64,000 nucleotides of DNA, taken from assembly GCA_964016885.1 (NCBI GenBank), contig OZ024748.1:39494001-39558000 (forward strand), written 5' to 3'. This DNA comes from Eledone cirrhosa. Lineage: Eukaryota. This document shows positions 52,957 through 64,000 of this stretch, piece by piece. Position 1 is the stretch's first letter, and each line of letters starts with the position of its first letter. The notes below the pieces were generated by a model. The model saw only the letters and a list, made by a program, of their open reading frames with translations, did no database searches and was not told where the DNA came from. The position numbers were made by a program, and so were the translations under genes.

Positions 52957-53915
52957 ATTGGGTTGGTTTGCTGAACAAACTCTAACCCTAACACTAACCC
53001 TAACCCTAACCCTAACACTACCCCTAACCATATTGGCCTGGTATGCTGAACAAACTCTAACTCTATCACTACGCCTAACCCTAACCCTAGCCATATTGGC
53101 CTGGTATGCTGAACAAACTCTAACCCTAACCCTAACCCTAACTCTAAACATAACTCTGGCACTGACCCTAATACTAACTCTAACCCTAACCCTAACACTA
53201 ACCCTAACACTAACACTAACTCTAACCCTAACTCTAACGCTAACCTTTACTCTAACCCTAACCCTAACACTAACTCAAACTCTTAACATTACTCTAACCC
53301 TAACTCTAACCTAACTTTAACTCTAAACCTAACTCTAACCCTAACACTAACCCTAACTCTAACTCTAACTCTGACCCTAGCGCTGACCATAAATCTAAAC
53401 CTAACTCTAACCCTAACTCTAACCCTACATCTAACTCTAAGCTTAACTCTAATCCTAACTCTAACCCCAACTCTAACTCTAAACCTAACTCTAACCCTAA
53501 CTCTAACCTAACTCTAACCCTACCTCTAACTCTAGCCCTAACCCTACCCTTAACTCTAAACCTAACTCTAACCATAACTCTAACCATAACTCTAACCATA
53601 ACTCTAACCCTAACTCTAAGCCTGAATCTAATCCTAACTCTACACTTAACACTATCCCTAACTCTAACCCTAACTCTAACCCTAAATCTAACCCTAACTC
53701 TAACCCTAACCCTAACCCTACCTCTAACTCTAACCCTAACCCTAACTCTAACCCTAACTCTAACCCTAACCCTAACCCTAACTCTAAACCTAACTCTAAC
53801 CCTAACTCTAACCCTACCTCTAACTCTACCCTTAACTCTGACTACAACCCTAACTCTAACGCTAACCCTAATGAAACCCCTAACTGGTCTAACCCTAACT
53901 CTAACGAACCCTCAA
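52957..53915. repeat. Degenerate telomere-like hexamer tract (CCCTAA/CTCTAA/CACTAA)n
   Basis: Direct reading shows ~0.95 kb of mixed TAACCC/TAACTC units. The left part has three units containing ATTGG...TGCTGAACAAACTCTAAC. Confidence 0.9.
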
Positions 53916-54329
53916 TCTAAATACTTAGAGTCCCTGGTAAAGAATAAATAAGTTAAGTGGTCCTACATCCGTTTTAATGGAAAGTAGAACGGCGTGCTCA
54001 TCTACTCTCGGGATCCAGAGTGGAATAAACGGGGTTGTGGGGAAAATCGCTAATTTTTCTAGTTTGTCTCTGTGATTCTTTCTTAAACCAGAATTAGTCG
54101 TTTAGTTTACATATTGAAACCCCCTACCCATCTTATTTAATATGGGATTTCTAGTAATGTACTTCTATTTTGTCATGTGTGATCATTTTTTTAATGTCTA
54201 AATAACATTAATTGTCGCAGGAATGCTACGACTTAAAATAATATTTCACCGGAGATAGATTAGTTAAATTTAATAAGTGGAAGTGGGTTAATCTGAAAAA
54301 TTTAATTTCCAGCCACGCTCTGAGAGTAT

Positions 54330-54651
54330 ATCACATACACACATACATCCTGGTATACATATATATATACACATACACATATACATCCAGGTATACATAT
54401 ATATACACATACACACATACATCCTGCTATATATAAACACACACACCCATACATATTCATCCAGGTATATATACACACACACATCCAGGTATATATATAG
54501 ACACATACACACATACATCCAGGTATATATATACACACATGCACATATAAACATCTAGGTATATATACACACTCACACACATCCAAATATATATATAGAC
54601 ACACTCACACACATCCAGGTATATATATAGACACATACACACACTCACAGG

Positions 54652-54721
<70 letters not shown>

Positions 54722-54782
54722 GGTACATATACAGACACACATACACACACACAGGTATATATATAGACACACAAACATCCAG
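54330..54782. repeat. Degenerate ~30-bp minisatellite (CATCCAGGTATATATATAGACACATACACACA-like) with (CA)n expansions
   Basis: A recurrent CCAGGTATA anchor is separated by variable CA/TA runs. Confidence 0.85.
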
Positions 54783-54865
54783 TACTGCAAACAAGTGTTT
54801 ACAGTAGAATCTTTGCTACTAAACAGATTGTTAGGAAGACGTGTAATTACTGTCTGAATAAAGTG

Positions 54866-57865
54866 ACAACATACTGACTATGTTCAGACATCACAACATA
54901 CTGACTGTGTTAAGACATCACAACATACTGACTGTGTTAAGACATCACAACATACTGACTGTGTTAAGACATCACAACATACTGACTGTGTTAAGACATC
55001 ACAACATACTGACTATGTTCAGACATCACAACATACTGACTGTGTTAAGACATCACAACATACTGACTGTGTTAAGACATCACAACATACTGACTGTGTT
55101 AAGACATCACAAGATACTGGTTGTGTTAAGATATCACAACATACTGGCTGTGTTAAGACATCACAAGATACTGGTTGTGTTAAGATATCACAACATACTG
55201 GCTGTGTTAAGACATCACAAGATACTGGCTGTTAAGACATCACAAGATACTGGCTGTTCAGACATCACAACATACTGACTGTGTTAAGACATCACAACAT
55301 ACTGACTGTGTTAAGACATCACAACATACTGACTGTGTTAAGACATCACAACATACTGACTATGTTCAGACATCACAACATACTGACTGTGTTAAGACAT
55401 CACAACATACTGACTGTGTTAAGACATCACAACATACTGACTGTGTTAAGACATCACAAGATACTGGTTGTGTTAAGATATCACAACATACTGGCTGTGT
55501 TAAGACATCACAAGATACTGGTTGTGTTAAGATATCACAACATACTGGCTGTGTTAAGACATCACAAGATACTGGCTGTTAAGACATCACAAGATACTGG
55601 CTGTTCAGACATCACAACATACTGACTGTGTTAAGACATCACAACATACTGACTGTGTTAAGACATCACAACATACTGACTGTGTTAAGACATCACAAGA
55701 TACTGGCTGTGTTAAGACATCACAACATACTGACTGTGTTCAGACATCACAAGATACTGGTTGTGTTAAGATATCACAACATACTGGCTGTGTTAAGACA
55801 TCACAAGATACTGGCTGTTAAGACATCACAAGATACTGGCTGTTCAGACATCACAACATACTGACTGTGTTAAGACATCACAACATACTGACTGTGTTAA
55901 GACATCACAACATACTGACTGTGTTAAGACATCACAAGATACTGGCTGTGTTAAGACATCACAACATACTGACTGTGTTCAGACATCACAAGATACTGGT
56001 TGTGTTAAGATATCACAACATACTGGCTGTGTTAAGACATCACAACGTACTGACTGTGTTAAGACATCACAAGATACTGGCTGTGTTAAGACATCACAAC
56101 ATACTGACTGTGTTAAGACATCACAACATACTGGTTGTGTTAAGACATCACAACATACTGGCTGTGTTAAGACATCACAACGTACTGACTGTGTTAAGAC
56201 ATCACAAGATACTGGCTGTGTTAAGATATCACAACGTACTGACTGTGTTAAGACATCACAAGATACTGGCTGTGTTAAGACATCACAACGTACTGACTGT
56301 GTTAAGACATCACAAGATACTGGCTGTGTTAAGACATCACAAGATACTGGCTGTGTTAAGACATCACAAGATACTGACTGTGTTAAGACATCACAAGATA
56401 CTGACTGTTAAGACATCACAAGATACTGGCTGTTAAGACATCACAACATACTGGCTGTGTTAAGACATCACAAGATACTGGCTGTGTTAAGACATCACAA
56501 CATACTGACTGTGTTAAGACATCACAACATACTGACTGTGTTAAGACATCACAAGATACTGACTGTGTTAATACATCACAAGATACTGGCTGTGTTAAGA
56601 CATCACAACATACTGACTGTGTTAAGATATCACAACATACTGACTGTGTTAAGACATCACAAGATACTGACTGTGTTAATACATCACAAGATACTGACTG
56701 TGTTAAGACATCACAAGATACTGGCTGTTAAGACATCACAAGATACTGGCTGTTAAGACATCACAAGATACTGGCTGTTAAGACATCACAAGATACTAGC
56801 TGTGTTCAGACATCACAACATACTGACTGTGTTAAGACATCACAACATACTGACTGTGTTCAGACATCACAACATACTGACTATGTTCAGACATCACAAC
56901 ATACTGACTGTGTTCAGACATCACAACATACTGACTATGTTCAGACATCACAACATACTGACTGTGTTCAGACATCACAACATACTGACTGTGTTAAGAC
57001 ATCACAGCATACTGGCTGTGTTAAGACATCACAAGATACTGGCTGTGTTAAGACATCACAACGTACTGACTGTGTTAAGACATCACAAGATACTGGCTGT
57101 TAAGACATCACAAGATACTGGCTGTGTTCAGACATCACAACATACTGACTGTGTTCAGACATCACAACATACTGACTATGTTAAGACATCACAACATACT
57201 GACTGTGTTAAGACATCACAACATACTGACTGTGTTAAGACATCACAACATACTGACTGTGTTAAGACATCACAACATACTGACTGTGTTAAGACATCAC
57301 AGCATACTGGCTGTGTTAAGACATCACAAGATACTGGCTGTGTTCAGACATCACAACATACTGACTGTGTTCAGATATCACAACATACTGACTATGTTCA
57401 GACATCACAACATACTGACTGTGTTAAGACATCACAACATACTGACTGTGTTAAGACATCACAACATACTGACTGTGTTAAGACATCACAACATACTGAC
57501 TGTGTTAAGACATCACAGCATACTGGCTGTGTTAAGACATCACAAGATACTGGCTGTGTTAAGACATCACAACGTACTGACTGTGTTAAGACATCACAAG
57601 ATACTGGCTGTGTTCAGACATCACAACATACTGACTGTGTTAAGACATCACAACATACTGACTGTTAAGACATCAAAACATACTGACTGTTAAGACATCA
57701 CAACATACTGACTGTTAAGACATCACAAGATACTGGCTGTTAAGACATCACAAGATACTGACTGTGTTAAGACATCACAAGATACTGGCTGTGTTAAGAC
57801 ATCACAGCATACTGACTGTGTTAAGACATCACAAGATACTGGCTGTTAAGACATCACAAGATACT
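54866..57865. repeat. 27-bp tandem satellite (CTGACTGTGTTAAGACATCACAACATA), ~110 monomers, with 25-bp variants
   Basis: Direct reading; seen as the 9-aa repeat LRHHNILTV in the ORF track. GT-deleted 25-mers shift the frame. Confidence 0.98.
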
Positions 57866-58129
57866 ATCAAAAGACACGTCAGGGTGAGTATCGAACCCAG
57901 GAAACTACGATCACTAATCAATCGGAATATTATATAAGCTATTATATAAACTGAATAACTTAGAAAAGTTATGCCAGAACAAGAGGTCAGATGTTGCGCT
58001 AATATCTTACATAATTACAGAGATTCTTTTTTACAACGTATTAATAAATGTGTTCCACACCTATCCCTGTTTTTATATACCCTACACAGACACCTATATA
58101 TTAGTGTGCGTAATGTATACGTATAATAT

Positions 58130-58164
58130 AATATATACATATACATATACACACACACACACAC

Positions 58165-58225
<61 letters not shown>
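58130..58225. repeat. (CA)n/(TA)n microsatellite
   Basis: Direct reading. Confidence 0.93.
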
Positions 58226-58457
58226 ATCGCTGAAATACCAATGAATATAAGATCATTGATGGACGACTAATTTTATTCATATGTAACTCATATGCGAATT
58301 TTTAAAAATTAATTTTGAAACTTTTTCCTTATTTGCTAAACCTTGATTATATATGTTCTGGCTCGTTAATTTATTAACCTGCCATTGAACCACATTGGCA
58401 TATGGTTAGACAATACATGTGTCCCTTAGCGCCTTGTGCGTGTAGGAACACATATCC

Positions 58458-58460
<3 letters not shown>

Positions 58461-58533
<73 letters not shown>

Positions 58534-58536
58534 ATA
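58461..58536. repeat. (TA)n microsatellite
   Basis: Direct reading. Confidence 0.95.
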
Positions 58537-58889
58537 GGTATAAGTACATAGGTTGGTGGTGGTGTTGTAAAGTGTGAAATCCCACAAAGGTGTCAAATCA
58601 AATAATACAGACAGTTACATAAATGTAAACGAATAAAATAGGTGGAGAGGTGAGAAGAGAAAACTGACAGAGGAAATGGTTGAATGTACTAACATATTTA
58701 ATTGGTTTGGGGTTCTTTAGAATCTTTAAACAAATGTAAATCTTTTACAATTGTTTATCAATTATATAACCCTATAGGATTGCCATATTGTGTCATAATT
58801 ATAAAGTTGTTTGAGAATTACGCAGGGTTATATAACGATTGGGGAACAGTGTTGAAACATTAAGTAAGTTGTTCAGCCTAGGAGAGTGT

Positions 58890-58997
58890 TTAGATAAAGG
58901 TAGGTAGGTAGGTACGTATGTACGTATGTACGTATGTAGGTTGGTAGGCAAGGACATAGATAGATATATGGATGGATAGATAGGTAGATAGATAGAT
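58890..58997. repeat. Compound tetranucleotide repeat (AGGT/TACG/GATA)
   Basis: Direct reading; it abuts the LINE 3' end. Confidence 0.85.
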
Positions 58998-59232
58998 TTC
59001 TTTATTAGCCACAAGGGCGCAACAAGAAAAGGGGACAATACAAAGACATACCGGGGATTTTACATACACTTGTGTGAAAAATATAAACAACAAACAATTA
59101 CAACAATCGAAATCCCCAATAGGGGGGAGGCGCCACAAATGGGTTGTTTAATACCCCGTCGATCGAACAACCCTCAACTCCAGGAGCGTGTTGTGCAAGT
59201 GCTCCTTTCTTCCTTTTGCTCTCTTCCTCAAC

Positions 59233-62200
59233 CTACAGGCTTATAAACAGAGAAGGCCCAATCACTCGGGCCATTTTCGCTTCATTCACCCACCTTTCAG
59301 TAAATTTACTGGGGTGCAGTGCCTCTCTTTCCACCCTGATTCTCCTTCTAAAGTGATACTTAAAGAAGGGAATCAATTGTTGTCCGGAGAGAAAGGCATC
59401 TGTCCTCAGTCCTCTCAACCTCGTCCACCATATAACTTCTTTCACAATAGCCACCGTACAGAGGAAAACCGCCTCTCTTTCGTTTTTGAAAGAGGCTGGC
59501 GGTTTGATCCTTACTATGGACTCGGCAGTCAACTGGATTTGTCCCATATGCGACAGCAGTTGTTCTGCATAGTTCCACAGGTCGGTTACGCCCGGGCAGT
59601 GTACAATTGCGTGCAGAACTGTTTCAATGTCCTGCGCACATCTTGGACACGTCCTCTTGGAAGGATCCTTGCCGGGGCGTCCGTGCCTGTAGATCTTGTC
59701 ACGAACCGGTAGAGCTCTTCGGTAGTGCTGCCAGGCCAGGGATCTCTGGAAGTTGTCCATAGGTCCCGGGCGGAAAGTCCTACCAAACAGACTAGTGAGC
59801 TCATCGTATTCGACGCCCAGAGTCTCTCCGAGCACGTCGTCGCCCTTGTAACGTACAATCCCTCTATAGAATGTCGAAGTGGAGTCTCCACTGATTGCTG
59901 CGCCCGCTTGCCAGAGGACTGTGAGCGCCTGAACGCATTCAATGTGCCAGGCGCCCATCGTTTTCGGTCTTTTCTTCACCCAGGACTGCAGCTCCGTTAG
60001 CGAGACGAGCTGTGGGAAAGCCTGACTCACAAACGGTTCCCACACCGGTTGGGGGTCGGTGAGGAATACCTGGAGATGCCGCAGACGGATCTCCTCACCA
60101 GCGGAGCCTGCTTCTTCCACAGAAACTGGAAGAGCATGCGTTACATCTTGGCGAGGTGTTCACGGGGACAAGGCACGACAGTCAAGCGGTAGTAGATGAC
60201 GGACGCTATGAAAGTGTTCGCCACCTCCGCTCCACATTTCAAGGACACTTTGCACTCCGCCCACTTCTGAGTGAGTGAAAACACCTTGGCCGTGACCTCG
60301 TTCCAGTTTTTCTCCACCTGGAGGTCTGGACCGAACCAGACCCCGAGCAATTTCACCGGTCCGTCCGTCCAGCGTCCAACGACGCTGTCGGATGTCATCG
60401 GTTTGCCTCTCCACGTACCGAGTTGCAAACCGACAGAATTGTCTGGGTTTAGTTTTTCTCCCGTCAGCGTTTCGTATTCTTTCAGTAAGTTGCCGATCAC
60501 CCCGATTTCCGAGGTGCTCGACACCATTACCGTTACGTCGTCGGCATAAGCCGACGCCGCTTTGCGAAGTCCCGGTTCTAGGGGATGCCCTGCAACAGCT
60601 CCAATTTCCGCAGTAGTGGCTTTAGAGTCAATACATACAGAATGGAGGAGAGAGAGCATCCCTGTCGAATGGAACGCGTGATTGCGAACGGCTCCGATAG
60701 GTAGCCGTTCACCTTGACCCTCGAGCAGATGCTGGTGTGCGTCGCCTCGATCCATCCTCTGAACACGGGACCGAAACCGGCCGCCTTGAGAACCGCTGGT
60801 CGACCCTATCGAATGCCTTAGACTGATCCAAGTTGATCAGAGCCCCCACCGAAGTCGGATTTACTACCAACCCTCTCTATGATGTATCGCATGAGGTGGA
60901 GGTTGTCGTGTATGGATCTGGTCAGGATTGCACACGTTTGCGCTTTCCCTACCAGGTTCTCGACGACAAGCGCCAACCTCGTCGCTAGCACCTTGGCCAA
61001 AATCTTTAACTCTGTGTTGAGCAGATTTATGGGCCTGAAGTTGTTAATTTCGTCCCCCTTGTTCTCGTCTTTCCTAATCAGCGTTACTGATTGCAGAACT
61101 GGGAATTCTCCCGTTCTGCTGCCAATTGCAGTAGACGGCTTCGAGGACGCCAGAGAACAAGTCCGGCATGCCTATGTAAAATTCGTAGGGTTGACCATTT
61201 AGACCGGGTGACTTGCGTTTCCCGCAGCGGCCCAGAGCGTCCCGTATCTCAGTGTCCGTGATCGGTCTTTCGCAGAACTCGGCGTCCGTGTTCGAGAGAC
61301 GCGGCAGGCCGTCGAGGTATGAACTAAAGTCCATTGCCCCGTTCAGCTCACCGTCGTTCTGCTCAAACAGTCACGCAAAGTGCCGCTGAAATGCCGCGCA
61401 CATTTGCTTGGGGTCAAGTAGCACGCGTCCGTTTAGGTCTTTCAAAGACCGAATCGTGGACTTGTTGCCACTTTTTGCCTCCGCCACTCGGGCCCAGCTG
61501 ACAGCTTTCGCTCCTTCGTTTCCTAGAGCACGTGTTTTGCTTCTGACCACGCAGCCTTCGTGTTTCGCATCGAAGAACTGGTCCAGTGCCGTTCTCGACG
61601 CTAACACTCTAGCCGCGTTGCCACTTCTAAGTGCCTCCTCTACCTTGGCTACTAGTTCTCTTTCTATTCTGTTTTTCTCTTAGGCTAACTCTCTGCTATA
61701 CCCTATCGATTCTATTCTAATTGCTTTCTTGAGAGAATACCACCATCTATTGTTGACGATGGCTCCCGTTAACCGTTGCTTGACTAGTCTACTTATCCGT
61801 TCACCGTAAGCTTTACGTGCCGGCAACGACATGTTCAGCTTCCAGTATCCGGGACCCTGTCTATGTATTCTATCACGGTTGACTAAGCAGACGACTAACT
61901 TGTGATCTGAATAGGCAACCATGTGCATTCGTGGACAGCTTAACATCTCCTTGTCCCTTTCTCTAATGAAGAACCTATCTAAATACGATCTAGATGTCCC
62001 ACTGCGGTTTACCCACGTCCACTGTGGTGCAGTCGGGAAATCCAGTCGATACCTATCGGCCAGTTGGAATTGGCCGATTAAAGTTTTGAGGCTGTTGCAC
62101 CCGCTCTACTGGGACATGCTCCCACATAGTCCCATCGTGCATCTAGGATACCATTCCAGTCCCCCACTAAAATTAAGGAGCGAGACGTTCCCAGAAAAGA

Positions 62201-62585
62201 CTAGACGCTTAAAGAAGTCTAGCCGTGTGTGCGATTTCCCGGTCGGGGCATAAACGGCCACCAGTCTGAAGGCTCCACCTCCGATACTGTTCACGTCTAG
62301 GACTACCAGTCTACCCTCCGGGTCCAAGTGTACTTGCTGTACTCCGACGTCCAGGTTCTTCCGAAACATAACAGCCACTCCACCTCCACCTCCTAGCTGA
62401 CAGAGAGATGCGTAGATCTCAAAGTCGTCGAAGATGGGGGTTAGTTGCTGCCTGTTGTGGATCCTGGACTCGGTGATGGCTATCACATCCATACTGTGTG
62501 ACCTAAGGTCGTTTAAAAGTTGGCCCTGTTTCCAGGGCATTCCTAGGCCACGCACATTCACGGTTCCAACTCGTAAACCAGCCAT
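59233..62585 (-). pseudogene. LINE ORF2 (APE endonuclease - reverse transcriptase - Cys-rich domain), broken by stops, frameshifts and deletions
   Basis: Motifs GTVNVRGL, IAITESR, VAVYAP, YSDHKLV, GPGYWKLN, KSPGLNG, AKVLATRL, IRQGCSLS, AYADDVTV, LLGVWFG and CPRC...ETVLHAIVHC. Confidence 0.93.
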
Positions 62586-62589
62586 GTTG

Positions 62590-64000
62590 GTGAAGAAAAG
62601 TTGGAGAAAAAGGATGAAATGTGCACTTACCTTTTCGTTTCCTGGAGATCGGGTTGTTCAATCTCCATTTGGGTGCTGGATGGGGTGTTGGGTGGAGTGG
62701 GGAGACATTTTAACAGGACGCGGTTGATGGGTTGTGGCAGGGGTTGCCCACGTCCTGTGAACATTTAATCTTTAGGTCTTTATAGGTTTCCATAGAAACC
62801 CTTATAAGTTTAAGGTGTGGAGACGATTCTGCCTTGACGAAAGTTTTGACCTCCGTCTCCACCTTGGGGTTTGGGGAGATGACCTCCATCAAACTCTTGT
62901 TGTTTGTGTTGATGTATGCGTATTGTTGTTTGTGTTTTTGTTGTGTTGTTTTAGTTTGTTTTTCATCCGGGAGTTTTCTTTTTATGGTGGGTGCTTGTGT
63001 TTGGGGTGGTGTTGGTGCTGGTTTTGCTGATAGGGGGATGTTTGACTGTGGTGTTGTTTGTGTTGTTGTTTGTGTCTGTGGTTGTGTGTTGGTGTTGGTG
63101 ATTGGAGTTTTGAGGGTTTTGTGGTGTCTCTTTTTTTGTTGTTTAGATTTCCGCGGTTCTCCCTCTTCTTCACTTAAAGAAGGAGAAGCAGCTTCATCCG
63201 TCGATGAATAATCATCGTCAGGTGTGTGGGGTAAGGGTATGTTGTGTGCTGGTGGTGTTTCGGTATGTGTGTTTGTGGTAGTGTTTGATGGAGTGGGATT
63301 GAGTGGGGATGTGTTCTTCAGGGGTGTTGTCTCTGTTTTTTTCTGTTGTTGTTGGTTGAGTGTCTGTTTGTTTTGGTGTGGTTGTACTTGTGGTGGTGGT
63401 GGTTGTTTTGGTGTTGGTGTTTGTTGGTAATAGCGTTTATTTTATGATGTTGTTGTTGTGTGTTTGTGGACAAGAGGCTTTTAGGTGAGCTGTGCTACCA
63501 CAGCGAAAGCATTGAAATTTTCGTCCTTCTACCGGAATGTTTATTTTGTTGTTATTATCAATAACGACTCTTACGGGTATTTTGGAGATTCTCTCCGGTT
63601 TCATTTGCAACAGAATCTCCAAATCTGTGTCCGCCCACCTTTGTCGAATAGATTTTCGTATTGAAAGTATCATATCTGTTTCTGGCTCTACGAAGCCAGC
63701 CAAGATCCACCAGATGTTAATGTTTGGAGGTATGTTTTTTTATTTTTATTTTTTGTGTCCTTTTCCCCATGTATGTAGGGAAAAAGGTGCATGCTTTTGA
63801 CACCATTGGTGTCACAGAGTTTTTTTGGGCGAGTGCCTCGCTTTTAAACAGTACGGAAACACTTCCGTACTGTTTTCCTCGCTGGAGAAAATCGACATTT
63901 GCTAGAATTTCCTTGAAAGTATCTTCTATATCTGCTTGATTAACAAATTTCTGCATTCTTGTCGAATTTGACACAGTCCTAAAAGTGACTGATCTGCGGA
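62590..64000 (-). pseudogene. LINE ORF1 remnant with CCHC zinc knuckle and a low-complexity T/Q/P/H/N-rich C-terminal region
   Basis: VEGRKFQCFRCGSTAHLKASCP in ORF 63437-63703, upstream fragment 63717-63974, and a strongly GT-skewed tract at 62900-63460. Confidence 0.8.

Larger units (their letters stand above)
58997..64000 (-). mobile_element. L1/Tx1-clade non-LTR retrotransposon, degenerate, 5' end beyond the window
   Basis: ORF1 has a CCHC knuckle. ORF2 has an APE endonuclease, RT and C-terminal CCHC. AATAAA lies at 59006-59001, followed by (CTAT)n. Confidence 0.93.

Noticed and set aside
52980-53915. True chromosome end or functional telomere
   Set aside because: The tract is internal, under 1 kb and heavily degenerate, with ordinary sequence on both sides.
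54866-54920. Common origin of the 27-bp and 48-bp satellites (GTTAAGACAT vs reverse-complement GTTAATGACAT)
   Set aside because: Only ~10 nt of AT-rich similarity with a gap, which is compatible with chance.
54880-57693. His-rich LRHHNILTV / KTSQHTDCV repeat proteins
   Set aside because: These are translations of a 27-bp satellite with frequent 2-bp deletions. The ORFs occur in several frames with no unique sequence.
57875-57920. Minus-strand B-box-like GGTTCGATACTC next to the 27-bp array
   Set aside because: Too short and degenerate to call a SINE or tRNA.

Overview
AT-rich, repeat-dominated eukaryotic (animal) genomic DNA. The repeat families resemble those I recall from cephalopod/Octopus-type genomes; this is an inference, not a search result. 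Bases 1-~43,330 are one array of a 48-bp satellite (about 900 monomers) with multi-kb higher-order repeats, and its long ORFs are artefacts. The remaining ~20 kb is a nest of decayed mobile elements: tRNA-derived SINEs, a piggyBac-like MITE, a Penelope-like GIY-YIG remnant, a Ty3/Gypsy element that has lost its 3' LTR, fold-back elements between (TA)n tracts, a CR1/L2-group LINE 3' end, a degenerate telomere-like tract, a 27-bp satellite and a frameshifted L1/Tx1 LINE. The main observations are four. (1) The 48-bp monomer matches the terminus of the adjacent MITE at 33/37 nt. (2) Two small minus-strand exons splice in frame, which would put the satellite inside an intron. (3) A 185-bp-arm fold-back carries a minimal hammerhead-ribozyme-like motif with a compensatory U3-A8 core. 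(4) The Gypsy and GIY-YIG segments are bracketed by inverted repeats. I found no CRISPR array, rRNA, true tRNA gene or intact long host CDS, and no clearly novel multi-gene system.
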